Source of the DNA: the human T2T-CHM13v2.0 reference genome, Homo sapiens
Assembly (NCBI RefSeq): GCF_009914755.1
Contig: NC_060938.1
DNA: 64,000 nucleotides
Reading direction: 5' to 3' (one strand)
The notes beneath the pieces are model-generated. The model searched no databases. It saw only the letters and a list, made by a program, of their open reading frames with translations, and was not told the origin of the DNA. The translations under genes and the position numbers were made by a program. Of this stretch, positions 19,211-43,159 are shown piece by piece. Within the stretch, counting starts at the first letter, position 1. The number at the start of each line of letters is the position of its first letter.

Positions 19211-20292
19211 TGGGATAAAAGGTAAATTTCTATTGCTATTGTAAGGTTTAGCATTCACTGAATAAGTGGCTGTACAGTGGTAAGATCAGCTATGCAATAT
19301 TCATATCTTGTAAATTATGGGTATTTTAACAACTACTTCTGTACTTCTTGTGTCCTTTGGACTTCTGAGAGGAAACAGAAACTCCATGCATCTTTGTAAT
19401 CAACTTTTTTTCTGATATTCGGAGGCTATTCTACTTCATTCATCCAGAACTTTGGGGTTGGGAGGAACCAAAAAACAGGCCTAGAGTGGAGTACCTATCT
19501 TTAATAAGCTAAAGATATTAACTTCACTATATACTGATGTTAAAAAGATAAGGAGATTTTATACAAATCATTTAGAATTGACTCAGTAGCAAACTAGGGT
19601 GTATATGTCCATACTTATGAATTCACCATTTTCACGATGGAGTTTTTTGCTGTTTGCCTCTACTTCTCATTCATCCCAACACAGCCTGTATGGGGAAATA
19701 AAAAGTAAAATAGAATGTTAACAGGCCATTTTATTTTTTTTTACTGTTTTAACCCATGACTTCAAGGAAGAAAGATGCAAACAAATACACAAGGTGAACT
19801 GCTGTGGTAGAAAAACTCCAGACTTAGTAGCTTCTATTCTCATTCCTGGCACTTAGTAGCTGTGCACTCTGAAGCGATTTAGTTAACCTCTCCAGACTGT
19901 TTTGTCACTGTGAAATGGAAATACGTTCATTTAGAAATATTTTTAATGCCTGTGTGTGTGTGTGTCAGGTGCTTTGCTATGCACTCAAAATAGTTGCCAT
20001 GTCTTCTTCATGAGGTTGATGTGAAAGCTGGATGAGATACTGCCTGTGAGAGCGTTGTTGGTGTTGTTTTTTGTTTATTACTATCAAGTGACACCTAGAA
20101 CGATCTCAGTCTTCAGTCAGCGAAGACTCCGTTACTTTGACAGAAAAGTACACTGATTCATTTGTAGCAAAGTTTGAAGCAAAGAAATATTTGACTTTAG
20201 CCCCAATTCAGAGAAAAGTTTAAGTAGCCCCAATCTTCTTTGCCCAAGCATTCTAGTTAATACAGTTTTTTATTGATAGGTGAAGTTGTTAT

Positions 20293-21492
20293 TGTATTAT
20301 TGTCTACTGCCACATAACAAATTTTACCTGAAAACTTAACGGCTTAAAACAATAAATATTTGGCTCGGCACAGTGGCTCACGCTTATAATCCCAGCACTT
20401 GGGAGGCCAAGACGGGAAGATTATTTGAGCCCAGGAGTTCCAGACCAGCCTGGACAAGAGTGAGACCTCATCTCTACAAAAAAAAATTAAAAAATTAGCC
20501 AGGCCGGGTGTGGTTGCATGTGCCTGTAGTCCCAGCTACTGGAGAGGCTGAGGCAGGAGGATTGCTTGAACCCTGGAGGTCAAGGCCGCAGTCAGCCGGA
20601 TCATGCTACTGCAGTCCATCCTGGCCGACAGATTGAGACTCTATCTCAAAAAATAAACACACAGTTATTATCTCACAGTTCCCATGGATCAGACTTCTTA
20701 GGTTAACTGAGTGTCTCTGGCTCAAGGTCTCTCATGAAGTTACAGTCAGGCTGTCAGCTGGGAGCAGTGGTCTCATTGGAAGGATAAACTGGTGGGATCT
20801 GCCTCCAAGTTGTGGTTGTTGGCAAGCTTCTTTCCACTTAAGCTTCTCTAAAGGCTGCTGTTATGGACTGAATTGTGTCCACCTCAAAATTCATATGTTG
20901 AAGCCCTAACCCCCAATACCTCAGAATATGACTGTATGTAGAGATAGCTCTTTTAAAGAGGTGATAAAGTTAAAATGAGGCCATGCGGCAGGGCCCTGCT
21001 CCAGTGTGACTTCTTACAAGAGGAGGAAATATGGACACACAAGGAGACACCAGGTATTTGCACACATAGAGGAAAGACCATGCAAGGACACAGCAAGACT
21101 GTGGCCATCTGCAAGCCAAGGAAGGAACCAAACCAGCCAGCACCTCCATCTTGGGCTTTGAGCCTCCACAACTGTGAGAAAATGAGTTCCTGTTATTTCA
21201 GCCACTTAGTATGTGACATTTTGTTATGGCAGCCCTATCAAGCGAATACAGCTGGCTTATCCCATAGTGGCTGGCCTCCCCTGAGCCAGAAAGCCATGAG
21301 AGCCTGAGAAAGCTCCCACAGCAGGAGCCACAATCTTTTTATAACTTAATCTTGGAAGTAACATCCCATACTTTCTGCAGTATTCTCTTTGTTAGAAGTG
21401 ATTCCAGTGCACACCCAAGGGGAGGCAATTACATAAGGGTATGCCTTCCAGGAGGAGGAGTCACAGAGGTCATTAAAAGGCTGCCTGCCATA
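20293..21492 (-). mobile_element. MLT1 (MaLR) LTR with nested AluJ (20362-20655, +) and MLT1B
   Basis: tgtatta..cataacaa..cttaaaacaataa MLT1 terminus. Confidence 0.65.
20859..21250 (+). mobile_element. MLT1B-like solo LTR
   Basis: TG..ttatggactgaattgtgtcc..aaaattcatatgttgaagccctaacc..CA; 5-bp TSD gctg(c/g). Confidence 0.8.
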
Positions 21493-24224
21493 CTAGTTTG
21501 GGGTTGCTTTTAAATAAGTTAAAGTAAAGCATTTAGAGGTGGACAGATTGGCAACTTTTACGTGATACTGTAGATTCAACCTCACCAAATACATGAGCAC
21601 TCTGACTAACTTAATCTATAAGCTATACTCTCATTCTGTGAACCTAAGATTGTTATGATCTGTAAGATAAAAACTTTTGACATTTAAGACAAGGTTTTCT
21701 GGGGGACGAAGAACATTTTAATGGACTAGATTGAAGAGAAAAGGTATTATCAATAAATGCTTAAGTCTAGGTTGAATATGGTGCTTCTCATCCAGGGCTG
21801 CATACCAAGAGGAGGTGGGGGGAAGGAAGGAGGGATAAAGTTTATCATTAGTAAAAAAGCACAGTCAAACTATAATGTAATCTTATGTATGGAAAGTGAA
21901 AAAAAATTATAGCTTTCATAAACTGCAGAAGGTAAAACTGAAGACAATCTTGGCTGATGGAGAATAGGTCATAAAAAGCTGAGAAAATGCTCTAACCATT
22001 CTCTCATTGTTAATGGACAAAAAGGGAGTAAATGAGACTGGGTTCCGGGTGAGCATGCAGTGCACCATAATACCCAAAGAGCTTTTAAGAACATCCGGTG
22101 AAGAGTAAGAAAACAGTTAAGGGGCTGCATGGATTAATTTGGGAGATAAATATAAAGCAGCAGTCATATTCTGGAGCCTTTAAGAACTAATAGGAAGAAC
22201 TTTACAAGAGAAGGATTGGGGACTGTTGAACCCAAGCTTTAGTTCAAAGGATCCAGAGGACATCTGCTTTGTGGTGATAGTGAGCTGACATCTGATTCCT
22301 CAGTAAGTACACTGAGTTCCCAGTAGCTTTAGCCTCTAAAATTAGTAGCATTGTCAGCTTGATTGTCTTGTGTTTGTCTAACAATCAGAGTCTATGTGGC
22401 AAAGCTGTCATTATTCCCAACCAAGGTCAAACTTCTTTTCACCAACAGCCCTCGTTGGTTTCTTGAGTGATGCTAATATGAGGGGAGATTCTCCCTTTGC
22501 CTTTCAGAGAGCTCTAAGGAGCTGTCAATAGTAATAACATCTCCACGTATTCAGCTGCAATAATTTAGCTCCTGCTTCATTGGAACTCTCTCTTGGGTGA
22601 GCCTTTAAGAGAGGAAGAAGCTGTTTCCTGTTATCTCCAGGCTGCATGACAACAAGATGATAGGCTGATTCTAGGGCCCATTTCAGTTTTCCATACAACA
22701 AGTTGTGAAACTAGAGAGTGAGATGGATGGTGGGAGGATCCCACAAGACCCACACTAAAAAGATGTGTTGGGATTTGGATATTTCTATGGATTACCTAAA
22801 GAGTTCTCTTGAAAGTAGATGTTTATGTTGTTGTGGAACAATTTCTGAGAGATATTGTTAAGTAAAAGATGCCCCAAAAAAACCCAACCCACTGTAGATT
22901 ATGCTCCCCTTCATATAAAAAGGGGAGGAGGAATATATGTTTGTATGTGCATAGACAGTCCTGAGAAGGGTGAGCCACACACCTATGCAAACCAGTAATA
23001 GGCAGCTGCCTGCCTCTGAGATGGAGACCCAAGAGTCTAGGGTAGAAGAAATACTTTTAACTCCATAATCTTTTGTATTTTTTTTTTAATCATGCCTAGA
23101 TGACTTTTAAACCACACAAATAGGAACAGTTTTTAAAAGAGAAAACCCTTGAAGAAATGACACTTAAGTTATGGCATATAGCCCTTAAATTCATGCTCTA
23201 TTCTCTTAAATAGTAATTTGAGTTTTCTGGTTCTCTCTCCTTTTTGTCATTAGAGTTTGAAAAATCATGGTAGGAATAGCAGTTATTTATTGAGCACCTG
23301 CTGTATCCCAGGTGCTGTAATTTTTACATAGTTTTTTTTTTCACTTAATCATCACAACAATCATATGAGAAATACTTCTTAAACTGCCATGTTTTTACAG
23401 TGGAGACTTATATTCCTTCTTTGGGTTTTCTTTAGAAAATAGAGAGTTCCAAGATTAATTTTCTACGAAATGTCTGTTACTTTGCTCCAGCAAAGATTAG
23501 AATGGCCCTTGTCCTGAGGGGTGCATCGGATCAGTTCTACCTTCAAGTTTTTCTCCTCTTTCTCTGGCTTGTCTTAAAGTGTAGTCAGATCTTTCTTGCT
23601 CTCCCTCCCTCTCTGCTTCACGTCTTTCCATCCGTCTCTCTTCCTCGCTTTGTATTTCTCATCACAGCTTCATTGACCTCCCTATTTCTTGCATCATATG
23701 GCTTCTTCCATGTGGCAAGATCAGATGGAAGGGTGTGGTTTGAGCATCTTCCATCTTATTCTTTCCAGCAGTGACCACAGAGTGAGGGAAGCATCTCTCT
23801 TTCTACTTTAATATATATATAACTCCCTAAGAAGGACTGGGATCGGCTTGGCCTGGGTAATAAGACCACCTCTTGAAGTAATTGCTGTGGCCAAGGGGAT
23901 TCAGGTTTTGGCCAGGCCTGGGATCATTTTTGCATCAACTTTTGTGATCAAGAGGATGTGGAATTAACATTTGTAGCCTGGCAGTAATAGCTTGGTTGGA
24001 ATAGAAGAAGTGGGGAGCAATTTCCCAAAGGAAGAGAAAGGGGCTGAAACCCTAAGCAGATGGGAAGTGTCACTAGGCAGACAAAAATAGTAAATTTCCC
24101 TGCTTTCCACCCTTAGCTTCTTATACAAATGCAGAGTTAAATTATAAAACAATTCATGCAATAAGCACTTTATATAACACTGGAGCAGAATAAGTGATAG
24201 ATCAATATCCATAATTATTTAACA

Positions 24225-25275
<1,051 letters not shown>

Positions 25276-26107
25276 ATTAAACATTGGTAACTGAGATAAT
25301 ACTAGTGCCATTTATAAAATTAGCATCATGGATGAGTGGGACAGACAATACTGTTAGAATTTTCAAAGTCAAGTTTCGATGATGACTGAATGTTAAACTC
25401 AGCTAGGTTTTTCTCAAAAGAGAAGGAGAAGTCGGAGCCAGAGGTAGAATTGAGCAATCATCTGTATGGAGATACTTGTTAAAACTGTGAGTGGATGCAT
25501 TCTCCAAGGAAACGAGTTTAAGGATTAGCAGCAAGGTTCAAAGGATGGAGGAAAAGGAGCCAGTGGGGGAGCCCATGGAGGCAGCCTTGAGAGACACCTG
25601 GATATTTCAGAAACTCGGAGTCCCAGGATGGGAATGATCAGTGAGCTCAGATGCCAAGACAGATGACTTTATGTAAATTGCCTGTGAATAAAATTTTGTT
25701 AAATTGAATCATTTTACATGAATAATAACCTGTAGTGCCCTTTATAATTTTCAGAATGCTTTCATATGGATTTCCTTATTTGGCCCTTGTAGCAATCCAG
25801 TGAGGTACACACGTTTTTATTCTCATATTACAGAGGAAGAAACTGAAGCACAGAGAGATTGCAATTTTCCTAAGGTTACTGCTCGTAAATCTCAGTTTCC
25901 CAAGATGATCAGTTTTGGGGAGGCTGAAGGCACAGTAGTTCAGAGATGCTTACAGCAGAGTAGGCATGAGTGTCTTCCCATAATGCCCCAGAGGCTTGTC
26001 ATCCCTAGCACATGAGATCTCTTTCAGTACCTCCTGGAAACAATATACACTGGCCACTCTCGGCTTCCTGTGAACTAGTAAAGAGCTTGATTGCCTATAC
26101 TCTAGAG

Positions 26108-26554
26108 CAGTGATTGTTAAACTGTGAGTCGTGACCTAGCAGTGGGTCATCCAATCAGTTTAACGGGTCGCAACCAGGCTCACAAGAGCTGGTGGAAGGT
26201 GTCCCTTCCCAACTCTGCCTTCAGTAACTTTGCGTTGGTTATTTGAACTCAATTGTGGTGGAAATTGGCCAACAACACAAAGTTGGGGCTTTCATTTGTT
26301 TTACCGTAGAGAGCCTGTTAAACATTTTCTAGCACACCACTGGTCACAATCATCATTCCCCTGCCTCCCCACCCCAGTGCAGCAGAATGAAATAGAAGAA
26401 TACCAGGGTCTATCTACAGTAAAAGTAAGTGTAAGTATTATGGGAATTTTATTTAAGTCATAAAGATGGTTGTGCATTCAGTGGCAATGTGAGATGTACT
26501 TTTTACTATGCATTGCAATCAGAAAAAAAGTTTGAAAGTCACTGTTAGTCACTG
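26108..26554 (+). mobile_element. hAT MER112-like element with an internal Arthur1-like hAT fragment (~26176-26343, -)
   Basis: cagtgattgttaaactgtgagtcgtgacc...aaaagtttgaaagtcactg; 8-bp TSD (c/g)tctagag. Confidence 0.5.
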
Positions 26555-26569
26555 GTCTAGAGTCCCTTC

Positions 26570-26902
<333 letters not shown>

Positions 26903-27263
26903 TAACTGAAAGTGCTATTCTCCTAATCTTCAGATAGAGAACTGGTATCCAGCACCCTCTTTGACTCATTAATGCTGCATCTGCTACAGGAGGAATGAGG
27001 CTGAATTTTTATCAGACTAGAAGCTATTCTAGAAGAGGCAAAATCCACCCCCACCATCAATCTGTCTTTTGAACTCAAAGCTATATAAAAATCCATTCTA
27101 ATGCCCCACCAAAGATTTTCTCCAGTGAGCAGAAAACAAAAATCATTATCCTTAAATCCCAGAGGTTTGAGGCTTGTGAATAGCATAAATCAATTTATAG
27201 CTCGTAGCATTGTTTTACTCTACCACTCTTCATTACCAGAGCTCCCTATAAAGAAATTAAATC

Positions 27264-27565
27264 TTTTTTTTTTTTTTTTTTTTTTTGAGATGGAGTCTCA
27301 CTCTTGCCCAGGCTGGAGTGCAGTGGCGCGATCTCAGCTCACTGCAAGCTCCGCCTCCCAGGTTCACACCATAGGCTGTCTCAGCCTCCCGAGTAGCTGG
27401 GACTACAGGCACCCGCTACCAAGCCTGGCTAATTTTTTTGTATTTTTAGTAGAGACGGGGTTTCACCATGTTAGCCAGGATGGTCTCAATCTCCTGACCT
27501 CATGATCCACCCGCCTCGGCCTCCCAAAGTGCTGGGATTACAGGCATGAGCCACCGCGCCCGGCC
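27264..27565 (-). mobile_element. AluY/Sc
   Basis: Alu consensus; TSD gaaattaaatcttttt. Confidence 0.92.
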
Positions 27566-29094
27566 GAAATTAAATCTTTTTAAGAAAGTGAAGAAACTCT
27601 TCATAAAAGAAACTCTCCTTTTAATAATTCAGCCATTTATTTTATAAATCTAGGTTTTACATGTTTATATAAAAATACACCAGATATACTCAAGTAGGTT
27701 ATGCTTCGAAACTAGCATGGTAGATACATCATAGAATTAGATCCCAAGAACATTGATTTTAGTCAGCCTTAAAATTTTTAAATTTTCATAACAGGGTGGT
27801 TATTAAGTATTCTTATGCCAAAAAACCTCTGTCAAACATGTTAATCAGTCTTCCATTAGGATACTTACTATCTAAATGTAGTTACAAAAAGAAACACTTT
27901 TCACTGAATGACATTTGAAAGTCTTTCAGAGATTTATATCTCTCTATTCCGTGATAAAATGTTATCATGCCCATCTGATGGGTTTATTATAATAAAATAA
28001 TCCAGAATAGGGGGAACATGGTTTTTTACAGGTTTGTGAGACTTAAGTATATCTTCAGAAATGAGTTATGTGCATTTTTCTTAGAAGAATTAGGCTTGTT
28101 GTATTAATGACTATAATTCTTTATAGTAGAATTCCTTAAAATAGCATTGTATTAAAATTATTCAACACTCATTTGCGAGTAGAAAGGAAATCTTCCCCCA
28201 TAGATGGACACTTGAGCTCTTGTTGGTTTTAGCATCTGAACTGAACCAGATGCCTGCATTACTCATGAGAAATTAAAAAGGATTTCTGGGAGGCCATGAG
28301 GGCTTGGTGGTGCTGCTGTAGTCAGCGGCTCCCATGTCCCATGTGGCTGCATTGCAGAGTTCCTTGGGCTGTCTTTGCTCTGAACAAACCCCTTGCAGCT
28401 GTGCCCGGCGCCTTTGTGACAACCCAGGCAAGGTTTCATGAAATGGATCTGATGTTCTTGTGCCTGTGTTATTCATTCCAACATACTGGAGCTATGCCCA
28501 GGAAGGTGAGGGGCAGCAGGTTGGCCCACACACCCCAGCTGTCCGTTTCTACTAATGTCACTCAGGATATAAATAAATTGATTCATTCACTTCCTTTCTT
28601 ATCAAACCAGAATGTTGCCAGAAGATACTACCAGGGCTGCCCAGATCAGTTGGAAAGGCCTTAGGGACAAATCTTTAAGAGGTAAACGTCTTTGCATTTA
28701 GGTAATATTTTAAATTAAGTTTTTAATTTTATTTTTCTTATTCACTTCAGACCTTGGAGGGAGAAAAATAACTTTGGTTATATGTTCATAACATTTGAGG
28801 TTTGAGCCTTCTTTATTTGTCCCATTTTCCAGATAGGAATTTTTTCTTTTTACTGTATTCTTTTTTTCTGAGACAGGTTCTTGCTGTGTTGCCCAGGCTG
28901 GTCTTGAATCCTGAACTCTTGAGCTCAAGTGATTCTCCCTCCTCAGCCTCCTAAGCTGGGATTATAGGTATGTATCACCACACCTGCCTGGCTTAGGGCC
29001 TTCTTTATTGGCAGAAAATTCATGATGAACTTTTTTTTTTTTTTTTTTTTTTTTCTGAACTGGAAAAGCTATGAGTCATAGGATTTCATAAAAA

Positions 29095-29402
<308 letters not shown>

Positions 29403-31189
29403 TCAGACAGCTGATGAGTGGTAGAAGCACTGGCCTGGAAGTACAGATTGCCGCTTACCACATCAGGCCTTTTGTTGTTTGTAGAAGCCTAGTTTGTATT
29501 GTTAGTTGGAAGTCTTTTGCCACCCATAGGGTAACAGCGCTATTGATCATCAGTCAATCAACTATTTACCAAGCAGCTCTCATGTAAATATTTATAAGGC
29601 AAAATGCTGGGTGCCCTGGGTCATGTGAAAATTTGTAAGATGCGATCTCAGCACTTAAGAGTGTAGCAGTGAAAATAAGCAGTATATGCAAGACAAAGTC
29701 CCTCCCCATGTGCCTCCAAATGATAAAAGAAACAATGATTTAGATCGTTTAGGAGGGTCTCTCCACCATTCCTCTCAGGTAACTTATGCTTCCAAATGAG
29801 CACGACATGTGAATCTGCTCTTGGCTTCAATGGTTCTTCATTCCTAGGTGATTCTCATAGTGCAGTTTACCTTGGCAAATGTTGATCACAATGTCTAAAA
29901 ATACTTGCATTCTCTATGGCCTAAACACAAGCCAGTCATGTTAGTTGGGTGCTAACGAAAGAACAGAAGGATGGAAGTATAAGTGTGTTTGTTGGACTCC
30001 CTGATAGTTGCCGAACTGGCATGATGTATTTTACAGGTGCTTTAAGACTTTTTAGGGTAGTTCTGAATATATTTTATGTTTGTGTTGCTTGTTGACTTTA
30101 GGACTAACATAATAAGACATAACTTCATTTATTTCATAAATGCCAAGTGAGTGTATAAAGACAGTATTATCTGTAGACATTTGGCCAAAAAAAGACAGAA
30201 TTTCCAGGCCAAGCCATTAAAGCAAAAATAAAGATGGGTTAGCTACAGTGGCTGGTATTTCAAAGTCCCACAAAAAAAAGGCGGTGTCGGGGAAGAGCTG
30301 GGCTGTAGTCGTGGTCATAGAGGCAGTGAGGGAAAAATGCAGTAACATCGTTGTTCTGTATACCTCTCCTGCTCTTATGACCCCGTCACTGGATCACCAG
30401 GCAGGAGTTAGGATTGAAGTGACTCTGTACCCGAATTATGGCAGGATGTAAGGGACAATAGGCAAATCTTAAGGTGAAGAGTCTAGAGGAGACCCTTCTA
30501 GACTGGGACCCCAGAGTGCCAGCTATAGTCTCCATATGTAAGTCAACTAGAAATAAGCCCTCCCTCTCGTCCACCCTTCAGTCCCTCAGGCATTGAAAGA
30601 TAACTGGCTATCTGGAAACTTGGTGCTAAATGGAGTGGAGAAGGGGAATCTCCCCTGGTAATTTATAACCACAAGCTGGACCCCTTGTAAGCTTGGGCAT
30701 GAATTCACATTCTGGAGGTAGCCTGAAAAACTTCAGACTGAGAGTTTAAGGTGGTCCTAAGGCACCTAGCAGAATCAAATGCATGTTTTATCTGGAGGAA
30801 TCCTCCTCCAACCCAAACCTCAAATAATTCCCACAGGTAAAGTTTTGTGAGATCAGAGTTTAAAATCACAAAACAAATAAAGAAACATGGCACCATGAGC
30901 AAAGCCAGCAAAATAATAGATAACAGTGTTAGACTAAGATAATTGAAATTGCCAAATAGTGCAAAATAACTTTTCTCATATGTTTAGAGAAATTAAAAGA
31001 GAGAGTAAACCAAGAGATTAAAATTATGACCAAGCAGATTTGAAATAGAACTAAGTAACTCTTTTGGAATTGGAAAATAATAATAATTAAAGTTTAAAAA
31101 TCCATGGATGGGCCTACCTGCAGATTTGACCCAGTTCATTGAAGAGAGCTTTAATGAACTCAAAGATGGATTTAAAGAAATGATCTGGG

Positions 31190-32797
<1,608 letters not shown>

Positions 32798-34399
32798 AAA
32801 TAAATGATTGGGAATGCAGCACAGAAAGAAAAAGAGGTGGAAAGCCATTTGAGAAGGCCTAATAAATATCTAATTGGAGCTCTGGAAAGAAAAAATGGGA
32901 CAACATTTGAAGAGATAATGGCTAAAAATTTTCCACAACTAGTGAAAGATACACATATTGCAGTGAATCACAAGAAATCCACACCTAGACACATCATACT
33001 TTAGAGCACTAAGGTCAAAAGATGTTAAAGCAGCTGGAGGGAGTGGAAGGATTACCAGAGCAATTCCAGTCTGATTGACAGCTAACTTCTCAGCAGCAAA
33101 GATGGAAACAAAAATACAGTGTAATGTTGCCATTGAGGAAAGGAAATAATTACCAAACCATAAATGTATTCTAAGCAAAAATATCTTTCATGAATGAGGA
33201 TGAAACACATTTTCCAACACATAACACGCAAAAGAGTTTGTCACTAGTAGACCTTTGCCAAGGAGTCTAAAGAATGTATTTCAGACAGAGGAAGGTATTA
33301 TAATACCAGAAGAAAGGTCTGAAATGCAGGAGGAATTGGGGGCAACATAATGAGCAACAAAATGATGATAATGTTCTTGTGAGGTTAAAAAGAAAATGAA
33401 AATGTCCAAACCATCATATCATGTAACTCAAGGAGAGCAGATGTTCAAAATTAAAGTCATTTAAGTTCATACTGTACAGTGAAAAGGTAAAGTTATTGAT
33501 GAATTTTACCTTTATATAGTTAACATATACAATTGTTAAATGAATAAAGTATTTAAAAAAATAGAAAACTTCCAAAGTAGCAGAGAGAAAGTGGAATGAG
33601 ATAGAGAATAAATCCACAAGGAGGAAAAGGAAACATGGAAGAGGTAGAACAAATAGAAAGCACAGCTTAAAACAGTACGAACAAATAAAAGTATTGGCCC
33701 TTTCCAAAATGTGAGTTGACTCAATGTTCCAGTGAAGGTCAAAGACTGATTGATTCATGAATGCAACAAATATGGACCAAGCATCTTCTGTGTGTTCAGC
33801 ACTATTCTAGGCACTAGGCACAAGCCGTGGAGCAGTGAGCAAAACAGCCAAAAATCCCCAATAGGAGAGACAAACAACAGACCAAATAAGTAACACAAAC
33901 CGTACATGAGAATGTGGGAAATGTTCTAGAGAGAAAAAAAAAAACAACAACACAGTGAAAGAAGGTAGAGAATGGGGAGGTTCGCTATTCTAAATAAAGT
34001 AGAGAAAGTGGCCTTTGCGGTGAGAACTGAAGAAGGGGGAATAAGCTGGCAGATATGGATGGAAGGGAACTCCAGGTGGAGGGAACAGCGGGAGCTCATG
34101 CCTGGAGGGAGGGATGTGGCTGCTGTGATTGGGAAATTCAAGTGGAGCTGTCATGTTGCACGAGAGAGCAGAGGAGAGTGAGAACAGATGAGGCTGAGAG
34201 ATGACAAGGGGCCAGATCATGCAGGCCCTGGGGGCCAAGGAGAGGACTTGGCGCTTGTCTTCTGAGTGTAGTGGTAGCCATCAAGGAATTCTGAGCAGAG
34301 GATTTCACAGGATGGCTGTGGCTGCTATATCAGGCAGGGACAAGGTGGGAACAGTGGAGGGAAGAGAAAATGGCCAACCAGAAATAGTTATATTGTCAG

Positions 34400-40750
<6,351 letters not shown>

Positions 40751-41153
40751 GGTGAGAATGGGAAAGAATTGGGAGGGTCTAGCAGGGATGCAGGGTAATG
40801 GTAAAGTTCCTTTTCTTAAACTAGATGGTGAGCATATAGGTGTATATTGTTGGGATTGAGGGGTTGAGGAGAAGGCAAAGTATTATCTGACACTCTGACA
40901 TTGAGGGAAAATTTAGAAAAACTCAAAAGCATACATGGAAGAATTTTTTCATGCACTTTAAAAATGCTGATAATACACTGTGTTTCTAGAAAAGATGGAC
41001 ATATTTAGCATTTTTTAATTTGAAAAGGGAAAGATAAAGTGTTTTTGTCCAAGAAAAAAAAGGAAAGAGAACAACACAGAAAAGAAACAGCAGTAGAATT
41101 GGGAGTATTTTAGGAAGGTTTCCAACAAAAGTGGTTAAAATTAAGAGCTTTGT

Positions 41154-41489
<336 letters not shown>

Positions 41490-41609
41490 TTATTTGGGCC
41501 ACCACTTCTTTATTCTTCAGTGATGTTAGATAAACCAGACATTGCTGCCTGTAAGTAAAACCCCATGCTGTCATTTCATTCATTTCATGGTTGCCTTTCT
41601 CTTTTTCAG

Positions 41610-41632
41610 ATCCTGCTCACACTAAAATATGA
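41610..41632 (+). CDS. TTLL5: TTLL5 terminal coding exon (..DPAHTKI*), tubulin polyglutamylase TTLL5
   Basis: Polypyrimidine tract ttgcctttctctttttcag|AT CCT GCT CAC ACT AAA ATA TGA; matches the remembered human TTLL5 C-terminus; lies tail-to-tail with TGFB3 as expected at 14q24.3. Confidence 0.85.
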
Positions 41633-42270
41633 ACCACAAACACACAGAGAAACAACCTGTTCACCACTCCTGGGTGCATGATTGAGGGTGAAGCATCCAC
41701 CAGCACTTCAAGGGGTCCATAGTATTTTTTTTTTTGCTGCCTCAAAGTCCCCAAAGCCTTCGAGCAGAAGTGGCAGTAGATGGTTGCCAATCAGCCAATG
41801 CAGACTTTCACTGGGACAACAAGAAAGCAGATCTTCTGGGTTTTGATGGAACTTGGCAGTGGGGACATTCAGCTGATGCATTATATACCCCGTCAGAGCA
41901 CACTTGTATCTTTTACCTTCCCTTTGCCCCATGCCCCCAAACTGCTTAGGTCTTCTCTGTCCCTTTACTGCTGCTGCACAGAGATGATATAAAAGAGGCT
42001 CTTTGGCTATTTGCATTTTGCTTCCTCTTCTTTTCCAGATTACAGTATGAAGCTTTATTTTCTTTGTACAAGCTTAAAATTTCAACATCATCATCCGCCA
42101 AAGTTGTTCCTCCCTTTTCGGAGGATCTAGGGGGAAAGAGGAGCATTCATCACAAGTTTCCTAGAGAGAGGAGACAAATCGGTGTGCCATTGACAACATG
42201 AGCCAGGGTAAAGGCACCCTTTGGAATTACTGATTTCAAAGATTAATAAAGTAATTCTATTTTTATTTTC
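41633..42270 (+). other. TTLL5: TTLL5 3' UTR (end approximate)
   Basis: Repeat-free sequence after the stop, ending in AATAAA followed by a T-rich tract. Confidence 0.75.
42245..42250 (+). terminator. TTLL5 polyadenylation signal AATAAA
   Basis: gattAATAAAgtaattctatttttattttcttttttttcc, with U-rich downstream element. Confidence 0.75.
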
Positions 42271-42835
42271 TTTTTTTTCCCTTTACTAATTTCCCAACAA
42301 TCAATATTCACAAACAGGACTGAAGTAGAACCAGTTTTTTATTTTACTTTGTGGCTGTGCAATTTTTTAAACATTTTAGAAATGTGAGCTGTAAAGAGAT
42401 GTTTTATTTTTACATTTCATTTCAGCAGATGGTGGGTCCAGGCTATTCCCAAAGGCAGCTCCTGCACCTGGGGAGCGGGCATGTGCAGATGTCTCCGTTA
42501 TCAGCCCTCGACAGGCAGGCTCACTCACAGCGTGGGCCTCCAGTGGCTTGAGCCCTGTATCCAGTTGCATGTTGCATACCTCGCAGTTCACCTGAATGAT
42601 GCAGCACAGCCCCAGTGCTCTCCCCTCAAGCCTCCGCCCTCTTGCTTCCTCCCCTTTCCTATGTCCTCTCTCTCTGGCTTCTGCTAGAGAAAAGGTTGAG
42701 AGTTGGACAGCAGAGTCCACTGAAGGATTAACTTAGCTGCCCTAGAGAGTTATCAGGGGAGAACCCAGGCTCTGGGGCTTCTTCAGCAGGGTACTATGGA
42801 CTCAGTGTTGAAATCCAAAAAGAAAATTGACACCT

Positions 42836-43159
<324 letters not shown>

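Noticed and set aside
29031-29054. Isolated T24 run as a possible retrocopy tail
   Set aside because: No attached element body and no convincing TSD.
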